A stretch of DNA of 64,000 nucleotides, taken from the NCBI GenBank assembly GCA_044221555.1, contig JBGAOY010000002.1:70376-134375 (forward strand), given 5' to 3'. Position numbers and translations under genes: made by a program. The stretch is from Acidimicrobiales bacterium (GTDB taxonomy: Bacteria > Actinomycetota > Acidimicrobiia > Acidimicrobiales > DATDAH01). The notes beneath the pieces are model-generated. The model was not told where the DNA came from. It ran no database searches and saw only the letters and a list, made by a program, of their open reading frames with translations. Of the stretch, positions 27,317 to 35,814 are shown piece by piece (position 1 is the first letter of the stretch; each line of letters starts with the position of its first letter).

Positions 27317-29908
27317 ATGACCGACGTGGTGCTGGTGTCGCACACCCACTGGGACCGGGAGTGGTACCGGACCTTCGAGGCCTTCCGGGCGCGACTGGTC
27401 GACACGGTCGACCGGGTGCTCGACCTGCTGGCCGTCGATCCCGGGTGGCGGTTCCTGCTCGATGGCCAGGCCATCGTGGTGGAGGACTACGTGGCCGTCC
27501 GCCCCGAGCGTCGCGCCGAGCTCGAGGCGGCGGTCGCCGCCGGTCGCCTGGCGGTGGGGCCCTGGTACGTGCAGCCCGACTCGCTGCTGCCCGGCGGTGA
27601 GGCCCACGTCCGCAACCTGCTGGAGGGCCGCCGGGTGGCGCTGGCCGCGGGCGGGTGCTCGGCGGTGGCCTACACCCCCGACTCGTTCGGCCACCCGGCT
27701 CAATTCCCTGCGCTCTTCGCCGGGTTCGGCCTCGGGCCGTTCGTGTACTGGCGCGGCAACGGCAACGAGCTCGATCGCCTCGGCCCCGTCTACCGGTGGG
27801 TGGCGCCCAGCGGCGACGGGGTCATCGCCTACCACCTGGGCCGGGGCTACTTCGCGGCCGCCTGCCTGCCCGCGGACCCGGCCGAGGCCGCCGAAGGCCT
27901 GGCCGGGGTGCTGGACCGGCTCGGTGACGTGACCCGGGCGCCGGTGGTGCTGATGAACGGCATCGACCACATGCTGCCCGACCCCCACACGGGGGCGGTG
28001 GCCGCGGCCCTCGCGGCACGAACCGGCCGGAAGGTGCGTCGCGGCCTCCTCGACGACCTGCGCGGTGCGATCGACGAGTCCGATCGAGCCGAGTTCACGG
28101 GCGAGTTGGTGGGCGCCAAGGTGGCCAACCTGCTGCCCGGGGTGTGGTCGACCCGCCTCGGGTTGAAACTGGCCAACCGCGCCGCGGAGCGTGCCCTGCT
28201 GGCGTGGGCCGAGCCCTGGGCCGCGCTCGGCGGCCTCCTGGGCCTGCCCGACGAACGCCCGTCGGTGCGGGCGGCCTGGCGGGCGCTGCTGGCCAACCAG
28301 GCCCACGATTCGATCTGCGGGTGCTCGCAGGACGAGGTGCACCGCCAGATGCAGGGCCGGTACGCCACCGCCACCGAGTTGGCCGATCAGACCGCCGGTC
28401 GGGTGCTCGAGCGGCTGGCCGGCCTCGGTGCCGAGCGACGGGTGCCCTGGTCCACCGAGCTCGACATCGCGGTGTTCAACCCCTCACCCGTGGCCCGCAC
28501 CGACGTGGTGCGGGTGGCGCTCGACGGCCACCCCGTCTACCAGGTGTCGGACATGGGTGGGGACATCCACCCGCTGACCCTGATCGACGGCACCAACGCC
28601 GGCTACGAGGCCGACGGCGCCCCGGTGCGGGCCGTGCCCGCCGAGGACCCGCGCCGCATGCGGATGTTCGAGGGGATGCCGGGCCTCGACCTGGAGCTGG
28701 TGGTGGCCGACGTGCCCGCGTTCGGTTGGCGCCGGGTGCACCTGGCGCCGTCGGAGCCCCATCCGGATCTCACCGACGACGGCCGGCGCATCGAGTCGGG
28801 CGACCTGTCGGTGCAGGTCGACGACGACGGGACGCTCACGGTCGGCGCCCGCGGGCGGGTGTTCTCCGGGCTCGGGGCCCTCGAGGACGTGGGGGATCGC
28901 GGCGACACCTACGACGCCGACCCGGTGGGCGCTGACGTGGGCGCCGTGCCCGTGGCCGTCTCGGTGCTCAGGCACCGCCACGCCTCGGGCCTCCAGCGCC
29001 TCGTCGTCGACCGGCGCCTGGCGGTTCCGGCCGGCCTGACCCAGGCACGTGACGGTCGGCGGGACGACACGGTGCCGGTCACGGTGCGGCTCGAGGCCCG
29101 GGTGGCACCCGGCGTGGATCGGATCGACCTGCATGTGGAGGTGACCAACCCGGCCCACGACCACCGCCTCCGGATGCTCTTCCCCACCGGCACCCCCGTC
29201 GAGCACTTCCGGGCGGCGACCACCTTCGACGTGGCCGAGCGGTCGACCGCTCCGCCCGACGACGAGGGGTGGCAGCACCCCGCGCCCCGCACGTTCCCCC
29301 ATCAGGGCTGGATCGAGGCCCATGGTCTGGTGGTGGGTGCCCCGGGCCTCCCCGAGGCCGAGGTGACGGCAGCCGGCACCATCGCGGTCACCCTGCTGCG
29401 GGCGGTGGGTTGGCTGGCCCGTCTCGACCCGACGACCCGCCCCATCCCCGCCGGCCCCGGGCTGGTGACCCCCGAGGCGCAGTGCCCGGCGGGCATCGAG
29501 GCAGACCTCTTCCTGCGCATCCTCGACGAGGGTCTCGACGTGGCCGCCGTCGCGGCCGACGCGTCCTACGACGAGGTCGCGTTCCGTGCGGTGCCCGCCG
29601 GTGCCGACCCGGTGCTGGCCCCCGATCGCAGCCTGGTCCGGGTCGAGCCGGCCGGTGTGGTGCTCTCGGCGCTCAAGCCGGCCGACGACGGCGCCGGGAT
29701 GGTGCTCCGCCTCTCGAACCCCGGCACCAGGCCCGTCGACGCCACCATCATCCTGGGCGTGCCGATCGAGGAGGTGGTGTCGGTCCGACTCGACGAGACG
29801 CCCGACGGCGGTGCGGTGGAGCTCGACGGCGACACGCTGCGGATCACGGTGGGCCCCCACGGCCTGCGGGGCGTGCGGGTGCGCGGCCCGGTGGCGGGGA
29901 CGGCCTGA
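27317..29908 (+). CDS. GH38 alpha-mannosidase / mannosylglycerate-hydrolase-like enzyme (cytosolic)
   Basis: The start is the ATG at 27317. 'VVLVSHTHWDREWY', 'GPWYVQPDSLLPGGEAHVRNL', 'TPDSFGHP' and 'NQAHDSICGCS' are GH38 hallmarks. There is no signal peptide. Confidence 0.85.
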   Translation: MTDVVLVSHTHWDREWYRTFEAFRARLVDTVDRVLDLLAVDPGWRFLLDGQAIVVEDYVAVRPERRAELEAAVAAGRLAVGPWYVQPDSLLPGGEAHVRNLLEGRRVALAAGGCSAVAYTPDSFGHPAQFPALFAGFGLGPFVYWRGNGNELDRLGPVYRWVAPSGDGVIAYHLGRGYFAAACLPADPAEAAEGLAGVLDRLGDVTRAPVVLMNGIDHMLPDPHTGAVAAALAARTGRKVRRGLLDDLRGAIDESDRAEFTGELVGAKVANLLPGVWSTRLGLKLANRAAERALLAWAEPWAALGGLLGLPDERPSVRAAWRALLANQAHDSICGCSQDEVHRQMQGRYATATELADQTAGRVLERLAGLGAERRVPWSTELDIAVFNPSPVARTDVVRVALDGHPVYQVSDMGGDIHPLTLIDGTNAGYEADGAPVRAVPAEDPRRMRMFEGMPGLDLELVVADVPAFGWRRVHLAPSEPHPDLTDDGRRIESGDLSVQVDDDGTLTVGARGRVFSGLGALEDVGDRGDTYDADPVGADVGAVPVAVSVLRHRHASGLQRLVVDRRLAVPAGLTQARDGRRDDTVPVTVRLEARVAPGVDRIDLHVEVTNPAHDHRLRMLFPTGTPVEHFRAATTFDVAERSTAPPDDEGWQHPAPRTFPHQGWIEAHGLVVGAPGLPEAEVTAAGTIAVTLLRAVGWLARLDPTTRPIPAGPGLVTPEAQCPAGIEADLFLRILDEGLDVAAVAADASYDEVAFRAVPAGADPVLAPDRSLVRVEPAGVVLSALKPADDGAGMVLRLSNPGTRPVDATIILGVPIEEVVSVRLDETPDGGAVELDGDTLRITVGPHGLRGVRVRGPVAGTA

Positions 29909-29927
29909 CGGGTCGGCGGCGTCCGAG

Positions 29928-29993
29928 CGGACGACCCCTCAGCTGGGTGTCGCCGCGATTCGGTCGACCCCTCAGCTGGGCGTCGGCACGACC
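29928..29993. repeat. 33-bp tandem duplication spanning the histidine-kinase stop codon
   Basis: The first copy is 29928-29960 and the second is 29961-29993, with 27/33 identical. Both copies carry CCCCTCAGCTGGG, which reads ...TPS-stop on the minus strand. Confidence 0.85.
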
Positions 29994-31723
29994 CAGGTGA
30001 GCACGGTGCCCGTCACCGGGCCCGGCGAGATGGTCACCGTGCCGCCGTGGGCCGAGGCCCGCTCGTTCATGTTGCGCAGGCCGTTGCCCCTCGGCGCGTC
30101 GGCATCGATGCCGACGCCGTCGTCGGCGATCGTCATCGTCACGGCGGTGTCGACCCGGATGTCGACCTGAACCGTCTGGGCCCCGGCGTGGCGGGCCACG
30201 TTCGAGAGAGCCTCGCGCAGGGTGGCGACCATGTCGGAGGCGAGGCCGTCGGCGATGACCGTGTCGACCGGCCCGTCGAACGACAGCCGCGGCTCGTGGC
30301 CGATGGCCCGGCTGGCCTCCTCGACCACGCCGAGGGCGTGGCGCCGGAACGTCTCGGCCGACCCGCGGTCGCTCTCGACGTTGAAGATCGCCGTGCGGAT
30401 GTGGCGGACGATGTCGTCGAGGCGATCGACGGCGTCCTCGACTCGCCGGCGGGCCTCGGGCTCGGCGATCAGCCTGGCTGCGCCCTGCAGGGTCAGGCCG
30501 GTGGCGAAGACGCCCTGGATCACCGTGTCGTGCAGCTCGCGACCGATGCGGTCGCGGTCCTCGAGGAGCGCCATGTCCTGCAGGAGCGCGCGCTGGCCCT
30601 CGTGCTGGACCACCAGGCTGACCTGGTCGGCGAACGAGGTGACGAGCGCCTGCTCGGCCGGTGAGAACGGCCTCGCCCCCACATCCCGGCCCACCATCAG
30701 CGTGCCGATGGCGTCGCCGCCGGCGTGGAGGGGCACGAACAGTGCGGGCCCGACGGTGCCGAGTTGCTGGAACGGGCCCTTGCGGTGGTCCACCGATGCG
30801 TCCTCCACCATGGCCGGTGTCCCCGAGGCGAGCACCTGTCCCGAGACGCTCCGGGAGCCGTCGAACACCAGATGTTCGATGCGCTCGGCGCCGTCCCCCT
30901 CGGCGATGGCCACGATCAGCTGTTCGGGGGACCGGGTGGGCAGCGCGATCGCGGTGACCTCGCTGCCGGCCAACTGCTGGGCGCGGCGGGTGATCTCGCG
31001 CAGGATGTCGTCGCGGCCGGCGCCGCTGAGCAGCGCCGCGGCCACGTGCTGGAACGCGGCCAGCGTGGCCTGGCGGCGCTCGGTCTCCTGGTAGAGGCGA
31101 GCGTTCTCGATGGCCACCGCGGCGGCCGCGGCGAGGCCCTCCACCAGTTCCTGGTCGATGTCGCTGAAGGCTTCGGCGTCGGTCTTGTCGGTGAGGTACA
31201 GGTTGCCGAACACCCGGTCACGGATGCGGATCGGGACACCCAGGAACGAGGTCATGGGCGGGTGCCTGGGCGGGAACCCGGCACTGTCGGGGTCCTCGTG
31301 CAGGTCGGCGAGACGTCGGCTCGAGCCCTCCTCGATGATCGAGCCCAGCAGCCCGAGGCCCTTGGGGAGCGACCCGATGGCCCGGTGGGCGTCGTCGTCG
31401 ATGCCGACGGTGATGAACTCGGTGAGGTAGGTGCCGGTCTCGTCGAGCACGCCCAGCGCGCCGTACTGGGCGCTCACCAGCGAGACCGCCGCCTCCGTGA
31501 TGCGGCGCAGCGTGGACGCCAACTCGAGGTCGGACCCCACCGTGAGCACCGCGTCGAGCAGCCCGCGCAGACTCTTGGCGCCCACGTGCCGGCTGGGCGG
31601 CTCCCACTGATCAGTCGATCTCACGAGCTGCTGCGCCGGGTTGCAGGGTGGTTGGGCATGGTCCTCCCCAACCGTGCGGTCGGACACATCAGTGAAATCC
31701 TCCGTGGGCAGTGCACGATACAC
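29972..31723 (-). CDS. GAF-GAF-HisKA_3-HATPase sensor histidine kinase (DosS/DosT-like architecture), no cognate regulator adjacent
   Basis: There are two GAF-like regions, for example 'YGALGVLDETGTYLTEFITVGID...LGVPIRIRDRVFGNLYLTDK'. The H-box is 'RIGRELHDTVIQ', and the ATPase motifs are 'NVARHAGA' and 'DDGVGI'. The start codon is uncertain. Confidence 0.85.
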   Translation of the reverse strand: MYRALPTEDFTDVSDRTVGEDHAQPPCNPAQQLVRSTDQWEPPSRHVGAKSLRGLLDAVLTVGSDLELASTLRRITEAAVSLVSAQYGALGVLDETGTYLTEFITVGIDDDAHRAIGSLPKGLGLLGSIIEEGSSRRLADLHEDPDSAGFPPRHPPMTSFLGVPIRIRDRVFGNLYLTDKTDAEAFSDIDQELVEGLAAAAAVAIENARLYQETERRQATLAAFQHVAAALLSGAGRDDILREITRRAQQLAGSEVTAIALPTRSPEQLIVAIAEGDGAERIEHLVFDGSRSVSGQVLASGTPAMVEDASVDHRKGPFQQLGTVGPALFVPLHAGGDAIGTLMVGRDVGARPFSPAEQALVTSFADQVSLVVQHEGQRALLQDMALLEDRDRIGRELHDTVIQGVFATGLTLQGAARLIAEPEARRRVEDAVDRLDDIVRHIRTAIFNVESDRGSAETFRRHALGVVEEASRAIGHEPRLSFDGPVDTVIADGLASDMVATLREALSNVARHAGAQTVQVDIRVDTAVTMTIADDGVGIDADAPRGNGLRNMNERASAHGGTVTISPGPVTGTVLTWVVPTPS

Positions 31724-31894
31724 CTAGTAACCGGCTGACGGCGCTCGATCGCATTGCCGGCGTTCGCGCCATACGCCGGTCTGCCGCGCTCGATCTGCAG
31801 GTCGAGCGCGTGGGCGATGCCGCCGTCGGGGACCACCTGGATGCCGCATCGACGGCGTGCCGACCCGCCCTCGACCAGCGAACGGGCGTTCGCT

Positions 31895-33367
31895 ATGGTC
31901 GGCCCGGTGGAGGTGGCGACGATCGCGGGGGTGCGGCTGTGCTGGGACCCGGCAGCCGCACCCGCCCGCCTCACCGTGGAACGGCCCGCCGCCGTGCCTC
32001 CCCACCCGCCGGCGACGCTGCACTTCAGGGTCGACGCGGGTCGCGTGCGGGTGAGCCTGGCGCTGCTCGAGGGTCGCCGTGAGATCGACGTGTCCATCCA
32101 GCCCGCGGTCGTCGTCACGGCGGTGGGCGCGGGGATGTCAGCGTCCGAGGCCGCCTGCCGGTGCCTCAGCGGCTGGCTCGTCGCGCTGGCCCGTGCCGAG
32201 GGAACATGGCGCCCTGCGCCCGGCGCGACCACCAACCTGCTGGCCACCGTGGCCGGGGGCGCGTTCCCCCTCCTGGGCGCGGCGTTCGACCGGGGCGCGG
32301 CGCCGGTCGGCGAGGTGCCGCGGTGGGCCGCTCCGGTGGTGGCGCGCCCCGACGCGCGCTCGGGGGCGGCTCACGCCTTCGGTCCACGGGCGACCCGTCC
32401 CGTGATCGTCGGTCTGGCGGCCAGCCTGGTGGGAACCGACCCTGGGTGCCCCGTGGCCCTGTACCCGCTGGGGCTCGGACTGATGGCACCGGCGTTGGCC
32501 CCCGATCGCCTGGCTCGCGTGTTGCGGGCCGAGGGCCCCGGCAGGCGACCCGAGGAGTGGCCCGACGGTGAAGTGGTGCGCGCCGCGCAACGACTCACCC
32601 CCGGCCTCGGCGAGCACCGCACCGAGCGGCTGCTGGTCGATGCCGCCACGGTCGATCGCGGGCCCACCCTCCTGGTGGACGCACTGCGCGCCTACGAGCT
32701 GGTGCGCCACCGACTGGGCCGGCGCGTGCCCACCCGGCTCGTCGAGTTCCGCGACCACTGCGCCGCGCTGATGCCTCCGGACCCCAACCCCAACGGGCTC
32801 GCGGCGCCACCCCGGCGGCGCGCCCACCCTCGCCCCGCACCCGCCACCCCGACCGCAGGACGATCGGCGGTCACCCCGCCGGGGCCGCGGCCCCCGAGCC
32901 GAGCCGGGTCGCCCGTCGTGCCCACCGGCGTCGAGCGGCGACGGGCCCAGCACCGGGCGCCGGTCACCAGTTGTGACTCGGTCGAGATCAACGCGCCGCT
33001 CGTCCATCCGCCGGCGGTGATGGCCCTGGCCGGCCGCGGCGTGCCGGGGGCCGCCGATCGCCTGCGCTTCGTGGTGCCCCGGACGGCCGCTGAGCTCTCG
33101 ACCTGGGGGAGCCGGCTGCAGAACTGCATCGGCAGCTTCGGTCCTGCCGTGCACGAGGGTCGGGCACGGTTGCTCGGTGTCGAGGTCGACGATCGGCTCG
33201 GGTACTGCATCGACGTGCGGCCCGACGGCGCCATCCGCCAGTTCCTCGGGGCCCACAACCGGCAGGTGCCCGCCATCGATCGGCTGGCGGTGGTGCATGC
33301 CCTTGCGCGCGCCGGCGTCGTCGACCGGGACCTCGCCGTGAACCGGCCCTGGTTCGAGCCCGCATGA
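31895..33367 (+). CDS. hypothetical protein with PcfJ-like C-terminal domain
   Basis: The C-terminus 'AAELSTWGSRLQNCIGSFGPAVHEGRARLLGVEVDDRLGYCIDVRPDGAIRQFLGAHNRQV' resembles the PcfJ-like pattern (L..EG..L.HCV..Y......G). This is from memory only. I chose the ATG at 31895, and the N-terminal boundary is uncertain. Confidence 0.5.
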   Translation: MVGPVEVATIAGVRLCWDPAAAPARLTVERPAAVPPHPPATLHFRVDAGRVRVSLALLEGRREIDVSIQPAVVVTAVGAGMSASEAACRCLSGWLVALARAEGTWRPAPGATTNLLATVAGGAFPLLGAAFDRGAAPVGEVPRWAAPVVARPDARSGAAHAFGPRATRPVIVGLAASLVGTDPGCPVALYPLGLGLMAPALAPDRLARVLRAEGPGRRPEEWPDGEVVRAAQRLTPGLGEHRTERLLVDAATVDRGPTLLVDALRAYELVRHRLGRRVPTRLVEFRDHCAALMPPDPNPNGLAAPPRRRAHPRPAPATPTAGRSAVTPPGPRPPSRAGSPVVPTGVERRRAQHRAPVTSCDSVEINAPLVHPPAVMALAGRGVPGAADRLRFVVPRTAAELSTWGSRLQNCIGSFGPAVHEGRARLLGVEVDDRLGYCIDVRPDGAIRQFLGAHNRQVPAIDRLAVVHALARAGVVDRDLAVNRPWFEPA

Positions 33368-33493
33368 CCACGCATGTCCTCGAGCGCCACTTCGTCGAGG
33401 ATCGCGTCGCGTTCTGCGCCGACTGCGCGGCCTGGTCGACGGAGAGGACCTTCTGCCCTTGCGCATCGGCGCGGCACGGCGTTTGCTGTGGGC

Positions 33494-33877
33494 ATGCCCG
33501 CGGCTGGTGAGGATCTTCTCGAGGAACTCGGCGGTGAGGGGGCGCTCGATGAGATCGTCACGGCCTTCTACGCCCGCCTCGTGGCCGACCCCGACCTCGG
33601 CCCCGTGTTCGCCGGGGTCGACGTGGACCGGCTGGTGCACATGCAACAGGAGTTCCTCGCCGCGGCCTTCGGCACGTCCGACCACGTGGCCGGCGCCGAT
33701 CTGAGGACGGCCCACGCCCGCCGCCAGATCTCGGGCCGGCACTTCTCGCGTTTCGTCGAGCTCTTCGTCGACACGCTCGTCGACCGGGGGGTGCCCGCCG
33801 AGACCCTCGACCGGGTGTCGGAGCGTCTGGCCCTGTACGTGGACGATGTGGTGGGCCAGTACGGCGCGTCGGGCTGA
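33494..33877 (+). CDS. truncated (2-on-2) hemoglobin
   Basis: The start is the ATG at 33494. 'LEELGGEGALDEIVTAFYARLVADPDLGPVFAGVDVDRLVHMQQEFLAAAFG...HARRQISGRHFSRFVELFVDTL' follows the trHb pattern. Confidence 0.75.
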   Translation: MPAAGEDLLEELGGEGALDEIVTAFYARLVADPDLGPVFAGVDVDRLVHMQQEFLAAAFGTSDHVAGADLRTAHARRQISGRHFSRFVELFVDTLVDRGVPAETLDRVSERLALYVDDVVGQYGASG

Positions 33878-33927
33878 GGCCGCCCGACCGGGCTGAGGCC
33901 GCCCGACCGGGCTGAGGCCGCCCGATC
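33871..33927 (+). repeat. 19-bp tandem repeat x3 (GGGCTGAGGCCGCCCGA(C/T)C) beginning at the globin stop codon
   Basis: The copies are 33871-33889, 33890-33908 and 33909-33927. The TGAs at 33875, 33894 and 33913 fall in all three reading frames. Confidence 0.95.
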
Positions 33928-34041
33928 GGCCGGTGGCGGGCCTCGTCGGGGTCGCGCACGGGAAGCCGCCTGGACGGGCGTAGGCTGGGCCCCATCAAAC
34001 GCGCCCTCGGCAAGCTCGTCGTCCGGCTGTTCCGCTACACC

Positions 34042-34578
34042 GTGGTCGGCGATCCGCCCCAGGTCCCGGTGTGCGTGATGGTGGCGGCCCCTCACACCTC
34101 CAACTGGGACTTCATCCTCACCATGGCGCTGGCCTGGTCCTGCGAGCTCGACATCGTCTGGCTGGGCAAGAAGGAGATGTTCGCCGGGCCGGCCGGCTGG
34201 CTGTTCCGCGCGCTCGGCGGGGTTGCGGTGGACAGGGAGAACCCTGTGGGCCTGGTCGATCACATGGTGGGGCGGGCCAGCGACGGGTCGCCCATCGCCA
34301 TCCTGATCCCACCCGAGGGCACGCGCACCAAGGAGACCCATTGGAAGTCGGGGTTCCGCCGGATCGCGTTGGGCGCCGACGTTCCCGTGCTGTTGAGCTT
34401 CCTCGACGGGCCGACCCGCACCGGTGGCTACGGGCCGTTGCTGCGGATGACCGACGATGTGGTGGCCGACATGGACGAGATCCGGGCGTTCTACGCGGAC
34501 AAGCACGGCATGAAGCCCGGCCGCTTCACGCCGCCCCGCCTTCGCGAGGAGGACGACGCCGTCCGCGACGTCGCCTGA
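34042..34578 (+). CDS. PlsC-family 1-acyl-sn-glycerol-3-phosphate acyltransferase-like protein
   Basis: It has 'VMVAAPHTSNWDF' (an HX4D variant) and 'ILIPPEGTR'. The in-frame sequence upstream of the GTG at 34042 (IKRALGKLVVRLFRYT) also looks coding but has no ATG/GTG/TTG. Confidence 0.75.
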   Translation: MVGDPPQVPVCVMVAAPHTSNWDFILTMALAWSCELDIVWLGKKEMFAGPAGWLFRALGGVAVDRENPVGLVDHMVGRASDGSPIAILIPPEGTRTKETHWKSGFRRIALGADVPVLLSFLDGPTRTGGYGPLLRMTDDVVADMDEIRAFYADKHGMKPGRFTPPRLREEDDAVRDVA

Positions 34579-34607
34579 CCACGCCGTCGCCTGACCACGC
34601 CGACGCC
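34569..34607 (+). repeat. 16-bp tandem repeat (CGTCGCCTGACCACGC x2 plus a partial copy) spanning the PlsC-like stop codon
   Basis: The copies are 34569-34584 and 34585-34600, with a partial third copy. There are TGAs at 34576 and 34592. Confidence 0.9.
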
Positions 34608-34673
34608 CTCCGGGGCCACGGAGTGACGTAGGTCCCTTCCGCCCGAGCCCGCCCGCGGCGATGATCAGCGGCG

Positions 34674-35507
34674 ATGACCCTGTCGATGATCCGACCGCTG
34701 CTGCGACCCGTCGTGGAGGCGTTGGGCCGTGACCTGCGGGGCACCGCTCTGGCCCAGGCCGCGGCCGCGGGGCTGCCCGGGCCGGACCCCGACGCGTCGA
34801 CGGTCGACGCGGCCGAGGTCGAGCGGCTCCCCGGCGCCGTGCGCCGCTACCTCACCTACATGGGCACGGTCGGCGCCCCCCGGGTGTGGTCGTTCGCGGC
34901 GCGGTTCCGTGGTCGCTTCAACCTGCGGGGCCGGGGCTGGATGCCCGCCGAGGCGTGGCAGTACAACTGCGCCGAACCGATCGGTCGGGTGTTCCACATG
35001 CGGCTCGACCTGGGCGGCGTGGTGCCCATGGTCGGCCGCGACACCTACCTGGACGGCACGGGCCGGATGGTGGGTCGATTGCTGGGTGTCGTCCCTGTCG
35101 TCGACGGCCACGGCCTGGAGTTCGACATCTCCGAGTTGACCACCTGGCTCAACGACGCCCTGGTGCTGGCGCCGTCGATGCTCCTGGCTCACGACGTGGA
35201 GTGGGGGGCGGTCGACGACGACTCGTTCCAGGTCGCACTGACGCACGCCGGCCACACGGTGAGCGCTCGCGTGCTCCTCGACGAGCGGGGCGCGATCCGC
35301 GACTTCTCGAGCACCGATCGCTGGGCCGACCTGCCGGGCGGTCTCGTGCGCGCCGAGTGGACGACGCCGTTCGACGGCTGGGGCGTGGCCGACGGCCGCC
35401 CGCTGCCCATCGCCGGGCGGGCGGTGTGGCATCTCGAGGACGGACCGCTCACCTACGTCGAGGGAGCCTTCGTGCCCGGCAGCGTGGCCGTCAACCTCCG
35501 GCCGTAG
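34674..35507 (+). CDS. conserved hypothetical protein (277 aa)
   Basis: The ORF is clean and its composition looks like real coding sequence ('LPGAVRRYLTYMG...WQYNCAEPIGRVFHMRL'). I cannot name the family. Confidence 0.6.
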   Translation: MTLSMIRPLLRPVVEALGRDLRGTALAQAAAAGLPGPDPDASTVDAAEVERLPGAVRRYLTYMGTVGAPRVWSFAARFRGRFNLRGRGWMPAEAWQYNCAEPIGRVFHMRLDLGGVVPMVGRDTYLDGTGRMVGRLLGVVPVVDGHGLEFDISELTTWLNDALVLAPSMLLAHDVEWGAVDDDSFQVALTHAGHTVSARVLLDERGAIRDFSSTDRWADLPGGLVRAEWTTPFDGWGVADGRPLPIAGRAVWHLEDGPLTYVEGAFVPGSVAVNLRP

Positions 35508-35777
35508 CGGGTCGGTTGGCCGGTATACCGAGCCCACCGTGCCGTCGGGCGTCAGTGGACAGCTCGGCACTGGCGCCCGATGTGCCGGCCGTGCCGGCTG
35601 TCGCATGCTGGCGGGCCCCTCGGCAGTGCGGTCGGCCCCTCTGCGCTGGTGGTCTCGCGGCCGGCCCGTCGACTGACTCCCGAGCGGCGCATCGCGGGCG
35701 GAACGGCGCGACGACGGGGGGCGACGGCCACGCGGATCTCACGCTCGGTGCCCGCCGGGCCCGCCGTCACCGAACCT

Positions 35778-35814
35778 GAGGCAATGGCCCCCGGGTTCCG
35801 GGGGTCATTGCCTC
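35778..35814 (+). other. strong hairpin (17-bp stem, one G-U, 3-nt loop) inside a 613-bp non-coding gap
   Basis: The sequence is GAGGCAATGGCCCCCGG gtt CCGGGGGTCATTGCCTC, read directly. No T-tract follows it. Confidence 0.85.

Noticed and set aside
21606-33927. Whether the short tandem repeats (17 bp x4, 9 bp x8, 19 bp x3) could be CRISPR arrays
   Set aside because: The repeats are directly adjacent with no unique spacers. The units are far shorter than CRISPR repeats, and no cas genes are present.
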